A DNA stretch of 64,000 bases from an uncultured Gammaproteobacteria bacterium. GTDB lineage: Bacteria; Patescibacteriota; Patescibacteriia; PEXW01. Below are positions 9,567 to 18,064 of the stretch, in pieces. Positions within the stretch are counted from its first letter, which is position 1. Each line of letters opens with the position of its first letter. Both the position numbers and the translations under genes were made by a program. The notes under the pieces are model-generated. The model made no database searches and was not told the DNA's origin. It saw nothing but the letters and a program-made list of their open reading frames with translations. Where the stretch lies: positions 193,656 to 257,655 of the forward strand of contig CAZAMC010000002.1 in the NCBI GenBank assembly GCA_964486505.1, read 5' to 3'.

Positions 9567-9631
9567 AATACTAGCTGGCCGATTGTAACACGCGGTTCGC
9601 CGTCTGCCAATACCCACGGTATACTTCACCA

Positions 9632-9985
9632 ATGCAACATATCAAGAGCGCTCACGCTCCATGGACACGCAAGCCAGGCTATAGCAAGAAAGTTCTCGCG
9701 ACCCCAGAAACGCTCAAAAAGCCAGGCCTCCTCGTGCAGGAGTTGGAGATTGCCCCAGGGCAAGTAGCTGAAAGCCACTACCACAAGCAGCAAGTGGAGA
9801 TTTTCTACTTTCTCAATACCGTTGGGGAATTTTGGGTGAATGGTGAACGGGTTCCACTTGCAGCGGGGGATATTCTCATGGTTGAACCCCATGACAAACA
9901 CGAAGTTCGCAACACAAGCACCAAGCCGTTTCGGTACGTGGCATTCAAGTACAATTGGATTGAAGACGATTACTTTGAGGATTAG
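9632..9985 (+). CDS. cupin-domain protein
   Basis: 117 aa with cupin-2-like motif pattern (ESHYHKQQVEIFYFLNTVGEFWVNGE...AAGDILMVEPHDKHEVRN). Confidence 0.65.
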   Translation: MQHIKSAHAPWTRKPGYSKKVLATPETLKKPGLLVQELEIAPGQVAESHYHKQQVEIFYFLNTVGEFWVNGERVPLAAGDILMVEPHDKHEVRNTSTKPFRYVAFKYNWIEDDYFED

Positions 9986-11590
9986 CTATTCTGCCTGCAT
10001 GAGCCGGAAGTCGGGTGATGTGAGCAGCACGGTGCCAGGAATAGGCTCCATATCACGCTGCAGTTTTTCCAGCACCCACGACCCCGCAGTTATGGCCTCG
10101 GGCATTTTTTCCAGGCGAGTTTGCGCTTCGTTTCCCAGGTAGAACACCACTGTTGGTTCGTGATCGAGTAGGATGTTCTTGAGGTAGAGAACCTCGGGTT
10201 TTTCTCGCTGCAGCATTGCGCGCGCCTCAGGCAGGAGTGGCTCGCTGCGGTTTAGCCGAAGTTCTGCGCGTTGGCCGCCCACGGCCACCAGGCTGGCCCA
10301 GGCAACGAACGCAATGAGCCCGCCGCGCCAGACCCAGGGTCGCGTTCTTGCCCACCAGGCTACGCCCAGTACCAGTGCGAAGGCTAAGAGCGCCGTCCCG
10401 AACTTGCCGCCCGCAGTCCCCAGTCCGGCGGCGTAGTGCGCCGGATTGAGCCACCGCAATGCGCTGTCGTCAGGAATGACTGTGGGCAGGCGGCGGACAA
10501 AAACGAAGACTGCCCAGCCTAGTAGTAGCGTTGGCCAGAGCCGTGGTGCGCCGCGGAACATGCGCGGCAGCCAGAGCCCGATAATGAGTGCCACAATTGG
10601 GTACAGCGGCAAGAGGTACCAGTCGGTTTTACTTGCCGTAATCGACAGCGCGCCAGCCGTAATGAGAATGAAGAGCAAGAGTAAAGAGAGTACATCGTCG
10701 CGCTTCCGGATTGCCCGAACCGCCGCCCACCCCAGCGCGGGCAGGCCAAAGGCGAGAAGTGGGAATGCGCGCTTCCAGGCCACGCTCCAGTACCACCCTG
10801 GGCCGGCTTGGAAGCCGTAGAGGTTTTCCGTGGTGCGCGTGGCAATGTCTTCGCCAAAGTACTCGGCCACAAATGCCCCGCCGCGCAGGATGAGCTGGCT
10901 ACCGATCCACGGGAGAACGACCAGGGCGCCGAGACCCAGGGCTTGCCACCAGACGCGGGCCGGGTAAAACCGGAATCGGCGAGTGAGCGCGAGGTGGAGC
11001 AGAATGGTGATGCCTGCAAATCCCGCCGCCGTAAATTTCGTCAGGAAGGTTAAGCCCAATGCGACGGCGGTGAGTAAAAGCCAGCGGGGTTTCGCCCAGC
11101 TGCGCCAGTATGACCACAGCGCGAGCACCGTGAAGAACGTAAGTAGCCCATCAGTTTCACCCGTGCGGAAGGCGTGGTAGAAGAGGTACTTGCCACTCAG
11201 GAAGGCCAGCGGCGCTGCCCAGAGCGGCCAGGTTTTCTTCGTGGCTTGCCACGCCCACCAGCCCAAAAGCAGTGTTGTGCCCACGCCCGCCAGCGCAGAC
11301 CAGAAGCGAATAGTGAATTCCGACTCGCCGAAGAGCATAACCACCGGTGCACTCATCCAGAAGCGGAGTGGGGGTTTGCGGTAGTAGGGTTCGTTATTCC
11401 ACGTGAGTTCCAGCCAGTTACCGGATTTCACCATCTCGTGCGTCACCTGAGCATGGATTGCCTCGTCCCACTTTTCCAGCGGGTTGGCCCCCAGGCGACA
11501 GAAGAATACAACCCCGGCCAGGATGGTAATCGCGGTTAGGGAAATCCACGTTGAGCGGGGGAGTTGCATAGCAGCATTGTAGCATCGCAT
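9986..11590 (-). CDS. GT39-family (ArnT/PMT-like) polytopic glycosyltransferase
   Basis: Multi-TM protein with the N-terminal loop motif of dolichyl/undecaprenyl-phosphate sugar transferases (GANPLEKWDEAIHAQV...YYRKPPLRFW). An alternative ATG lies 21 nt in. Its stop abuts the cupin gene stop. Confidence 0.65.
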   Translation of the reverse strand: MRCYNAAMQLPRSTWISLTAITILAGVVFFCRLGANPLEKWDEAIHAQVTHEMVKSGNWLELTWNNEPYYRKPPLRFWMSAPVVMLFGESEFTIRFWSALAGVGTTLLLGWWAWQATKKTWPLWAAPLAFLSGKYLFYHAFRTGETDGLLTFFTVLALWSYWRSWAKPRWLLLTAVALGLTFLTKFTAAGFAGITILLHLALTRRFRFYPARVWWQALGLGALVVLPWIGSQLILRGGAFVAEYFGEDIATRTTENLYGFQAGPGWYWSVAWKRAFPLLAFGLPALGWAAVRAIRKRDDVLSLLLLFILITAGALSITASKTDWYLLPLYPIVALIIGLWLPRMFRGAPRLWPTLLLGWAVFVFVRRLPTVIPDDSALRWLNPAHYAAGLGTAGGKFGTALLAFALVLGVAWWARTRPWVWRGGLIAFVAWASLVAVGGQRAELRLNRSEPLLPEARAMLQREKPEVLYLKNILLDHEPTVVFYLGNEAQTRLEKMPEAITAGSWVLEKLQRDMEPIPGTVLLTSPDFRLMQAE

Positions 11591-11640
11591 AGAACAAAAA
11601 CACCCCGCTACACGGGGTGACGTGAGGAAACCGCTGACTC

Positions 11641-11982
11641 TTACTTCACCTGGTCAACAATCGCCTTGAACGCTTCGGGGTGGAATTCGGCGAGCAGGGC
11701 CAGAATTTTCCGGTCAACTTCTACCTTCTTCACCTTCAGGGCGTGCATGAAAGTGGAGTAGGTCATGCCGTTTAAGCGGGCGGCGGCATTGATTTTAATC
11801 TGCCACAAGCCGCGGGCGTCGCGTTTCTTCAAACGACGGTGGATGTAGGCGTAGCGGCCGGCTTTGCGGACGGCTACCTTCGCCAGCTTCACGCTCGACT
11901 TCCGCTTCCAACGAAAACCCTTCGCTCGGGAGAGCAGGCTCTTGCGGTGCTTAATGTGGCTGGTGCCGCGCTTTACTCGCAT
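11641..11982 (-). CDS. rplT: 50S ribosomal protein L20
   Basis: MRVKRGTSHIKHRK...AAARLNGMTYSTFMHALK is a canonical L20 sequence. Confidence 0.9.
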   Translation of the reverse strand: MRVKRGTSHIKHRKSLLSRAKGFRWKRKSSVKLAKVAVRKAGRYAYIHRRLKKRDARGLWQIKINAAARLNGMTYSTFMHALKVKKVEVDRKILALLAEFHPEAFKAIVDQVK

Positions 11983-11988
11983 AGGGGT

Positions 11989-12186
11989 TTAGGCGTGGGG
12001 GGTGAGCTCGCGGATGGCGCGGAGGTTCGTCTTGTGCGCAGCCTTATCCCGCCGTTTTCCACGGGTAATGTTGCCCGATTCACGGGCGTTAAAGTGATCC
12101 TGCCCAGCGGCGCGCCGGAGGATCTTGCCGTTGCCACTGCGCCGAAAGCGCTTGGCTGTCGCCTTGTGAGTCTTCAATTTCGGCAT
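11989..12186 (-). CDS. rpmI: 50S ribosomal protein L35
   Basis: MPKLKTHKATAKRFRRSGNGKILRR is a canonical L35 sequence. Confidence 0.9.
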   Translation of the reverse strand: MPKLKTHKATAKRFRRSGNGKILRRAAGQDHFNARESGNITRGKRRDKAAHKTNLRAIRELTPHA

Positions 12187-12219
12187 AGGTTTGGAATCTA
12201 CCTTTATTCTTGGCCTGCG

Positions 12220-12735
12220 TCAAGCCTTCTTCTTGCGGACCAGCATCGTTAGCCGGCCACCCAGAGCACTGGCCGGGGAATCCACGACCACATTTTCCCC
12301 CAGGCTGGTGACAAAATCCATCATAATTTTTCGGGCTAGGTCCATACGGGCACGTTCCCGGCCGCGGAGGATCATCTCCAGCTTCACCCGGTCGCCCTGT
12401 TCGAAGAACTTCATGGTTTGGTCCCGTCGCATGCCCAGGTCGTGGGCGCCGATTTTCAGGGATAAGCGAATACCTTTAATTTCCGAAACCTTCATCTTCG
12501 CCTTCTGTTTACGCTCCGCCTTCTCCTGCTGGTAGAGGTACGACCCCCAGTCAATGATCTTGCAGATGGGGGGCGTGGCCCGCGGGTTCACTTCTACGAG
12601 ATCGAGCTCTTGGTCTTTGGCTAGCTGAAGAGCCCGTTCGGTAGGCATTTGGCCCAGGAACTTGCCATCCGCATCAATGACCTGCACTTCCGGAAGTCGT
12701 ATCTGGAAGTTGATGCGGAAACGTTTGGTACTTAT
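12220..12735 (-). CDS. infC: translation initiation factor IF-3, predicted non-canonical AUA start
   Basis: IF-3 core (EVQVIDADGKFLGQMPTERALQLAKDQELDLVEV...). The in-frame upstream extension reads STKRFRINFQIRLPEVQVID, matching the conserved IF-3 N-terminus. It starts at ATA (12733-12735) five codons after an in-frame TAA, with no ATG/GTG available upstream of the ORF-track GTG. Confidence 0.75.
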   Translation of the reverse strand: MSTKRFRINFQIRLPEVQVIDADGKFLGQMPTERALQLAKDQELDLVEVNPRATPPICKIIDWGSYLYQQEKAERKQKAKMKVSEIKGIRLSLKIGAHDLGMRRDQTMKFFEQGDRVKLEMILRGRERARMDLARKIMMDFVTSLGENVVVDSPASALGGRLTMLVRKKKA

Positions 12736-12811
12736 ACGCGTGCGGGGTTAGGAAACGAGATGGGGGTAGTATAGCAGAATGTCTATGTTCCTGGACAAGC
12801 TCGGCGCACCC

Positions 12812-12837
12812 AAAAACCCGTCAGCGACGGGTTTTTG
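12812..12837. terminator. bidirectional intrinsic terminator (A5-CCCGTC-AGC-GACGGG-T5) between tmRNA 3' end and infC
   Basis: Perfect 6-bp GC-rich stem flanked by A-run and T-run. Confidence 0.55.
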
Positions 12838-12838
12838 G

Positions 12839-13241
12839 GTGGAGATGAGGGGTCTTGCACCCCTGTCTAGAATGCGGCAGGCCGGTGGTCTACAGGTGTA
12901 GGGCGTTCACGGGTGTTTCGATCTGGTCGCATGGAGCGCCCAAGCCCGACCAGGTCTAGTGGAAGTGAATTTCGGTTGCGCTGTTACCACCCCGACGCAG
13001 CCTACGCCTGGAATATAACACTCGCGATTCCCGCGCCAGGTCACGGGGCGAATGGGCTATCGGTTTTTAGGCGAGAGCCGGAGCAAAGCTGGGCATTGCG
13101 AACGCGTTAGCGAACGCAGTCTTCACTTTGCTGACAATGCTATTGGCAGTTGTCAATTTGTCCAGCAGTTTTACGCCGTGCTGAACGCGGGCGACCCGCA
13201 CACCAACCGTAATGCACTCTATCAACTTCTGGACATCCCCG
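12839..13241 (-). ncRNA. ssrA: tmRNA (SsrA), about 403 nt
   Basis: Directly downstream of smpB on the same strand. The 5' end GGGGATG pairs with the 3' CATCTCC including a G3:U70 wobble, the AlaRS identity element, followed by discriminator A and CC. A T-arm-like GGGG-TGCAAGA-CCCC precedes the acceptor. An internal tag reading frame ends ...GCT AAC GCG TTC GCA ATG CCC AGC TTT GCT CCG GCT CTC GCC TAA (ANAFAMPSFAPALA*) at 13068-13112. Confidence 0.7.
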
Positions 13242-13278
13242 CTGCGTTCTCCATGATTGGAGGCCCCAGCGTGGAGGT

Positions 13279-13731
13279 TCAGTTCTTCTGCCGCATCGCC
13301 CGGGCAACGTCACGGGCGACTTCTCTTTTCTTTATCGAGGCGCGCTTGTCGTGCGCTTTCTTCCCCCGGGCCAGGGCGACGCTCACTTTCACCAGCCCTC
13401 GCTTCGTGAAGAATTTTAGCGGGATGAGCGTGCAACCCGCACTGTGCATTTTGCCAATTAGGCCTGCAATCTCGCTACGCTTGAGCAGGAGTCGACGATC
13501 GCGTTCGGGATTGTACCCTGTCTGCACCGTGGCCGCGGGCTTGTAGGGGCCAATGAACGCGTGGACGAGCCACAGGCTACTGTCACGCAGGCTCACGTAC
13601 GCTCCCTGCAGGTTCACGCTCCCGCCCTTCACACTCTTCACTTCCGGTCCGCTGAGGGCAATACCCGCATCGTACGTTTCCAGAACGTCGTAGTTAAATG
13701 TCGCTTTTTTGTTGCGGGCGAGCTGGGGCAT
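13279..13731 (-). CDS. smpB: SsrA-binding protein SmpB
   Basis: KKATFNYDVLETYDAGIALSGPEVKSVK...LIPLKFFTKRGLVKVSVALARGKK is a canonical SmpB sequence. Confidence 0.9.
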   Translation of the reverse strand: MPQLARNKKATFNYDVLETYDAGIALSGPEVKSVKGGSVNLQGAYVSLRDSSLWLVHAFIGPYKPAATVQTGYNPERDRRLLLKRSEIAGLIGKMHSAGCTLIPLKFFTKRGLVKVSVALARGKKAHDKRASIKKREVARDVARAMRQKN

Positions 13732-13805
13732 ACGGGGAGTATAGAGAAGATAGCGGCCCGTGTCCTGGTGGGAGCACGGGCCGGATGTTTATTACAGTGC
13801 GGTAC

Positions 13806-14246
13806 TTAGGCAAGCACCGCAACGCGTTCGGGCAAGTATACGCCCACACTTTTTTCGTTGATGCTCACCACGACGGCGTCAAATTCCATGGGTACGTTCG
13901 CGAAACCGTACGCCATGCCGTACGTCGTGTACACGTGGGCCGCAACGTCGCTGAGTTTCTTCGCCCCATGGAGGTCGGCATGGCGCTGCCGGGCGATGAG
14001 GATGAGCTGCGCCGCAACCTTATCGGCATCGACCCAGTCGTGCAGCATGAGCTGGCTCCGCGGGCCCAGGTACATGGAGGCAACGCGTTTGAGGGCGCGC
14101 TTCGCCTGGTCGCTGCTAAGCTGACTGCCATCCTGGCGCATCCACTCGAGGTTGCTGACCTCGGGGAGGACGCAGGCGAGGTTCGCTTCAATGCGTTGTT
14201 TAATCACCGTAAGGTGTTCGCCGACTGTTCGAACAGGATTACTCAA
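13806..14246 (-). CDS. hypothetical protein
   Basis: 146-aa ORF with no motif I can assign. Divergent from argS. Confidence 0.35.
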   Translation of the reverse strand: MSNPVRTVGEHLTVIKQRIEANLACVLPEVSNLEWMRQDGSQLSSDQAKRALKRVASMYLGPRSQLMLHDWVDADKVAAQLILIARQRHADLHGAKKLSDVAAHVYTTYGMAYGFANVPMEFDAVVVSINEKSVGVYLPERVAVLA

Positions 14247-14362
14247 TGAGCAACTCCTTTAGTAAAAGGTTAGGACTCTTGGGGGTTAGTTTGATTACAG
14301 AAGGTAGCAGAATGCCATGTATTCGTCAATACCCAGTGGGCGTTGCGTGGTATACTCTGCGT

Positions 14363-15988
14363 ATGAATGTGCGTCGAGAACTGCAGGATGTAGTTGCCGC
14401 CACTACCGGAGATGTCCAGCCAAAAATCGAACGCACGCCGCGTCCGGAGTTTGGCGACTACGCCACCAACGTCGCCCTGAGTGTGGCGCAGCAATCGGGG
14501 GCAATGCCGCGCGATACCGCCCACGCCCTTGCTTTAAAAATTGCTGCGCAGAAGTCTCCAACCATCGCAAAGGTCGAAGTCGCCGGCCCGGGCTTCCTGA
14601 ACCTAACGCTCGCTGATACTTGGCTCGTCGCTCAGGCAAAGGCGGTTGCTAAGACTGTCGCGCCTTTGGCGAAGAGCGATGCCTATAAAGGCCAGCGCGC
14701 ACACCTAGAATTCATTTCCGCCAATCCTACGGGTCCACTCACGCTCGCAAACGCCCGCGGTGGTTTTCTCGGTGATGTGCTGGGGAATGTCTTGGAGCGG
14801 GTGGGGTACAAGGTATACCGGGAGTACTACGTCAATGACCGCGGCGTGCAGGTAAGTGTACTGGCCGAGTCTGTGCTGCGCCGGTATTTCCAGCAGCAGG
14901 GGATTACTATCGACTATCCCGCGACGTGCTACCAGGGCGTGTACGTGGATGAACTGGCCCGCAAACTCAAGTTGCCGAATTACAAGATGACAGACGTGGC
15001 GAAGCTCGGTGAGATTCGGGACAAGATTAAGGACAAGGTCGTGGCAACGATGCTGAAGGAAATTCAGCGCGTCGTTACCAAGGTGATGGGCATTGCTTTT
15101 GATAATTGGTTGTCAGAGAAAACTCTGGTTACGCCCGGCATTCTGGAAAAACTCCTCGCCGCTCTGCGCGAAAAAGGCTTAGTGTACGAGAAAGACGGCG
15201 CGACCTGGCTGGCAACAACGAAGTACGGTGATGATAAAGATCGCGTACTCACCAAAGCCGACGGTGAGATGACCTACTTCCTGCCCGATATCGTTAACCA
15301 CTGGTTGAAATTCACCAAGCACAAGGCCAATGTGGCCATTAACATCCTGGGCGCTGATCACCACGGGTACACTGGCCGCATGCACGCCGCGTTGATGGGT
15401 TTGGGCATTGAAGATTCTACCCATGTGTTCCGGCCCATCATTATCCAGTTCGTCCGACTGCTGCGCGATGGCCAGGAAGTGAAGATGTCGAAGCGCCGAG
15501 GCACGTACATTGAAGCTGAAGAGGTAGTGCAGGAAGTTGGCCTAGATGCGGCGCGGTTCTTCTTCCTCATGTACGACGTGAATACACACATGGACTTCAA
15601 CTTGGATCTGGCAAAAGAGCGGAGTGAGAAGAATCCGGTCTACTACGTGCAGTACGCGCATGCCCGCTTGTGCAGTATTCTGGCGAAGACGAAAGGCGCG
15701 CGTGTAGCAAAAGGAGATTCACCATTGCATCCGGTGAGTCGCAAGCTTATACTGGAGCTCCTCCGCTGGCCGGAAGTACTCGAAGACGTGAGCCGCGACT
15801 ACGGCTGCCAGCGCATCCCGCAGTACGCCCTCGATTTGGCTCGAACCTTCCACGATTTCTACACGCAGGTGCGCGTTATCGACAACGATACCGTGCAGCC
15901 ATTGCCACTCACGCTCGTCCACGCTACAAAGAATGTGCTGGCAGACGTTCTGGCAACACTGGGGATTACAGCGCCCGTAAAAATGTAA
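14363..15988 (+). CDS. argS: arginine--tRNA ligase
   Basis: Class I motifs (SANPTGPLTLANARGG; DHHGYTGRMHA; KMSKRRG) and C-terminal DALR-like region. ATG 14363 (MNVRRELQD...) is chosen; the ORF-track start at 14246 gives an unlikely N-terminal extension. Confidence 0.9.
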   Translation: MNVRRELQDVVAATTGDVQPKIERTPRPEFGDYATNVALSVAQQSGAMPRDTAHALALKIAAQKSPTIAKVEVAGPGFLNLTLADTWLVAQAKAVAKTVAPLAKSDAYKGQRAHLEFISANPTGPLTLANARGGFLGDVLGNVLERVGYKVYREYYVNDRGVQVSVLAESVLRRYFQQQGITIDYPATCYQGVYVDELARKLKLPNYKMTDVAKLGEIRDKIKDKVVATMLKEIQRVVTKVMGIAFDNWLSEKTLVTPGILEKLLAALREKGLVYEKDGATWLATTKYGDDKDRVLTKADGEMTYFLPDIVNHWLKFTKHKANVAINILGADHHGYTGRMHAALMGLGIEDSTHVFRPIIIQFVRLLRDGQEVKMSKRRGTYIEAEEVVQEVGLDAARFFFLMYDVNTHMDFNLDLAKERSEKNPVYYVQYAHARLCSILAKTKGARVAKGDSPLHPVSRKLILELLRWPEVLEDVSRDYGCQRIPQYALDLARTFHDFYTQVRVIDNDTVQPLPLTLVHATKNVLADVLATLGITAPVKM

Positions 15989-16011
15989 ATTTCGTCGCTC
16001 ACTCGCTTCTC

Positions 16012-17154
16012 ATGCGCATCGGCATTGACTGCAGAACAATCCTCAATCCCCAGTCGGGGGAGCGTGCGGGCGTGGGGCACTACGTTGACGGTCTGGTTAC
16101 CGCGCTCATCGACCACTATCCGGAAGATGAGTTTGTGTTGTATTTCGATTACCGGGCGCGCGACATCTCGGGATTTGCCCGCCCGAACGTGCGCGTAAAA
16201 CACTTTCCCTTCTCGCAGTACGGCAAGTACTTGTCATTCGGGTACTCGCACATGCTCATAACCGCGTACTTGCTGAAGGAAGGATTAGACGTGCTGCACG
16301 TCCCGGCCGGTTCCATTCCGTTCACGTACCCCAAGAAGGTGGTGTACACCGTGCACGACCTAGCGATTTTCAAGCACCCGGAGTGGTTCCCGTCTTCATT
16401 CATTTCGCGGAACGTCTTGGTACCGCAGACCATTCGGAAAGCCGATGCGATTGTTGCCGTGTCGTCCAGCACCGCCCGCGACCTGAAGCACCTTTTCAAC
16501 GTACCGCAGAAGAAAGTTTCTATCATCCACCACGGGTACGACGTGAAGAAAATTCCCCTCAAGCGTCGGGCGCAGGAAACCATTGAGAAGTTCAAACTCC
16601 CGAAACGCTTCTTGTTCTTCGTGGGCACCATTGAGCCGCGAAAGAATGTGGAGGTGCTCCTGCAGGCATTCATGCACTTGCGGGAGACGCAGCCAAATCT
16701 GGAAGACGTGGCGCTCGTCATCGCTGGCCAACTTGGGTACCACGGCGACAAGGTCATGCAGACTATTATGGCGCTCAAAGCCAAGCGCGCTATTCGGTAC
16801 TTGGGGTACGTGACTCACAACGAAAAGGTTGAGCTCATGCGGCATGCCAGCGCCTTCGTGTTCCCCAGTATGTACGAAGGGTTTGGCCTGCCCGTACTGG
16901 AGGCCATGGCCCTGGGTACGCCCGTGATAACCAGCAAGGTATCGTCCATGCCGGAAATTGCAGGCCGCGCAGCGCTCTTCGTGGACCCCTCCAGCCCTAA
17001 GGACATTGCTCGGGCCATGCGCGAGGTCCTTACCAAAGACGGCGTGGCAAAGCGTTTGCACGAACTCGGCCCCAAGCAAGCAGCGCAGTTCTCCTGGCAG
17101 CATTGTGCGGAGGAGACGATGGCGGTGTACCGGAGGGTTGCAGGCAAGAAGTAA
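16012..17154 (+). CDS. glycosyltransferase family 4 (GT-B, group 1)
   Basis: C-terminal EGFGLPVLEAMALGTPVITS motif of group-1 glycosyltransferases. The ATG at 16012 follows the argS stop; the long ORF-track start at 15670 overlaps argS. Confidence 0.7.
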   Translation: MRIGIDCRTILNPQSGERAGVGHYVDGLVTALIDHYPEDEFVLYFDYRARDISGFARPNVRVKHFPFSQYGKYLSFGYSHMLITAYLLKEGLDVLHVPAGSIPFTYPKKVVYTVHDLAIFKHPEWFPSSFISRNVLVPQTIRKADAIVAVSSSTARDLKHLFNVPQKKVSIIHHGYDVKKIPLKRRAQETIEKFKLPKRFLFFVGTIEPRKNVEVLLQAFMHLRETQPNLEDVALVIAGQLGYHGDKVMQTIMALKAKRAIRYLGYVTHNEKVELMRHASAFVFPSMYEGFGLPVLEAMALGTPVITSKVSSMPEIAGRAALFVDPSSPKDIARAMREVLTKDGVAKRLHELGPKQAAQFSWQHCAEETMAVYRRVAGKK

Positions 17155-17162
17155 AAAATAAA

Positions 17163-17188
17163 CATGCGCTCTCGTGCGAGAGCGCATG
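17163..17188. terminator. hairpin terminator between convergent GT4 and dcd-like genes
   Basis: 12-bp stem CATGCGCTCTCG/CGAGAGCGCATG with an A-run on the plus-strand 5' side, which is a T-run for the minus-strand gene. Confidence 0.5.
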
Positions 17189-17191
17189 TGC

Positions 17192-17935
17192 TTACTGTAC
17201 GTCCACTGGAATGTAGGGCGGCACTTCGAGGTACCGGTTGAAGAGGCCGATATCCCGATCGCGGAAGAGCTTGGGGATCATGTCGTCTGGTTTCCACGTG
17301 GCGATCATGTGCTCGACATCGTCGGTCGTCTGGTACTTCCCATCCTCTTGGGCGTAGGTTTGCCCTTCCAAAGGGTCGACTTGGTAGAAGATGAGTTGCG
17401 CCACGCGCATGCCCGCGGGGAGGACAACGGAAAGTTCCTTCATGTGGTTGGTCATTTCCATAGTCCACCGGTTGATGTAGCCCAGGTCACCCCAGCCGGC
17501 GCACTTACACACCGTAATGCCGATGCGACCCATGGAACTGCGCGCGCGCATTTCCGTGGACACGCAGTTGCGGCCGCCGATGAACTCCAGGGTGTGGGCG
17601 AGAATGGTTTCGCCCGGCCCAATGACAATGATTCGGTCATCCGGATGAATGTGTTCCAGCCGACCGTTATCCACCATCCAGTCGCCAGCCCGCACGGCAG
17701 TTTGGGGATCGCCCCAGTACTTCCGGACCGACGTTTCGCTGAACGGTTCCAGCAGGGCGCGGGTACCTTTGAACTCGCGTTCGCGGTAGAAGTGCGTACC
17801 AAGCCGGCAGTCGTAGGAGGTGGTATTCAGACTCCGGACTTCGAAGGGGTGAATGATGATGTTCCCTTCGGCCATGTGGCGCCGTACCTGGTCCCGCGTG
17901 AGGAGTGACCGCAGGGGAGCAGTTTTCTCTGACAT
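17192..17935 (-). CDS. dcd: dCTP deaminase/dUTPase-superfamily protein
   Basis: Motifs resembling dCTP deaminase (IIVIGPGETILAHTLEFIGG, CRLGTHFY). It is longer than typical Dcd, so the assignment is to the superfamily only. Confidence 0.55.
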   Translation of the reverse strand: MSEKTAPLRSLLTRDQVRRHMAEGNIIIHPFEVRSLNTTSYDCRLGTHFYREREFKGTRALLEPFSETSVRKYWGDPQTAVRAGDWMVDNGRLEHIHPDDRIIVIGPGETILAHTLEFIGGRNCVSTEMRARSSMGRIGITVCKCAGWGDLGYINRWTMEMTNHMKELSVVLPAGMRVAQLIFYQVDPLEGQTYAQEDGKYQTTDDVEHMIATWKPDDMIPKLFRDRDIGLFNRYLEVPPYIPVDVQ

Positions 17936-18064
17936 GGTATTCTCCTTTTATTCACGTGCAATTTTCTGTCGGCACCTTAGCGCGCGGTAGGCGTTTGGTC
18001 AATTGCATGTCTTGCCAGCGAACGTCATTTATCGTACACTCACCCCCGCACAGTCATCTTGTCT

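Noticed and set aside
15670-16011. Long 5' extension of the GT4 gene overlapping argS
   Set aside because: It overlaps the argS C-terminus in another frame. The conserved protein begins at MRIGIDCRT (16012).
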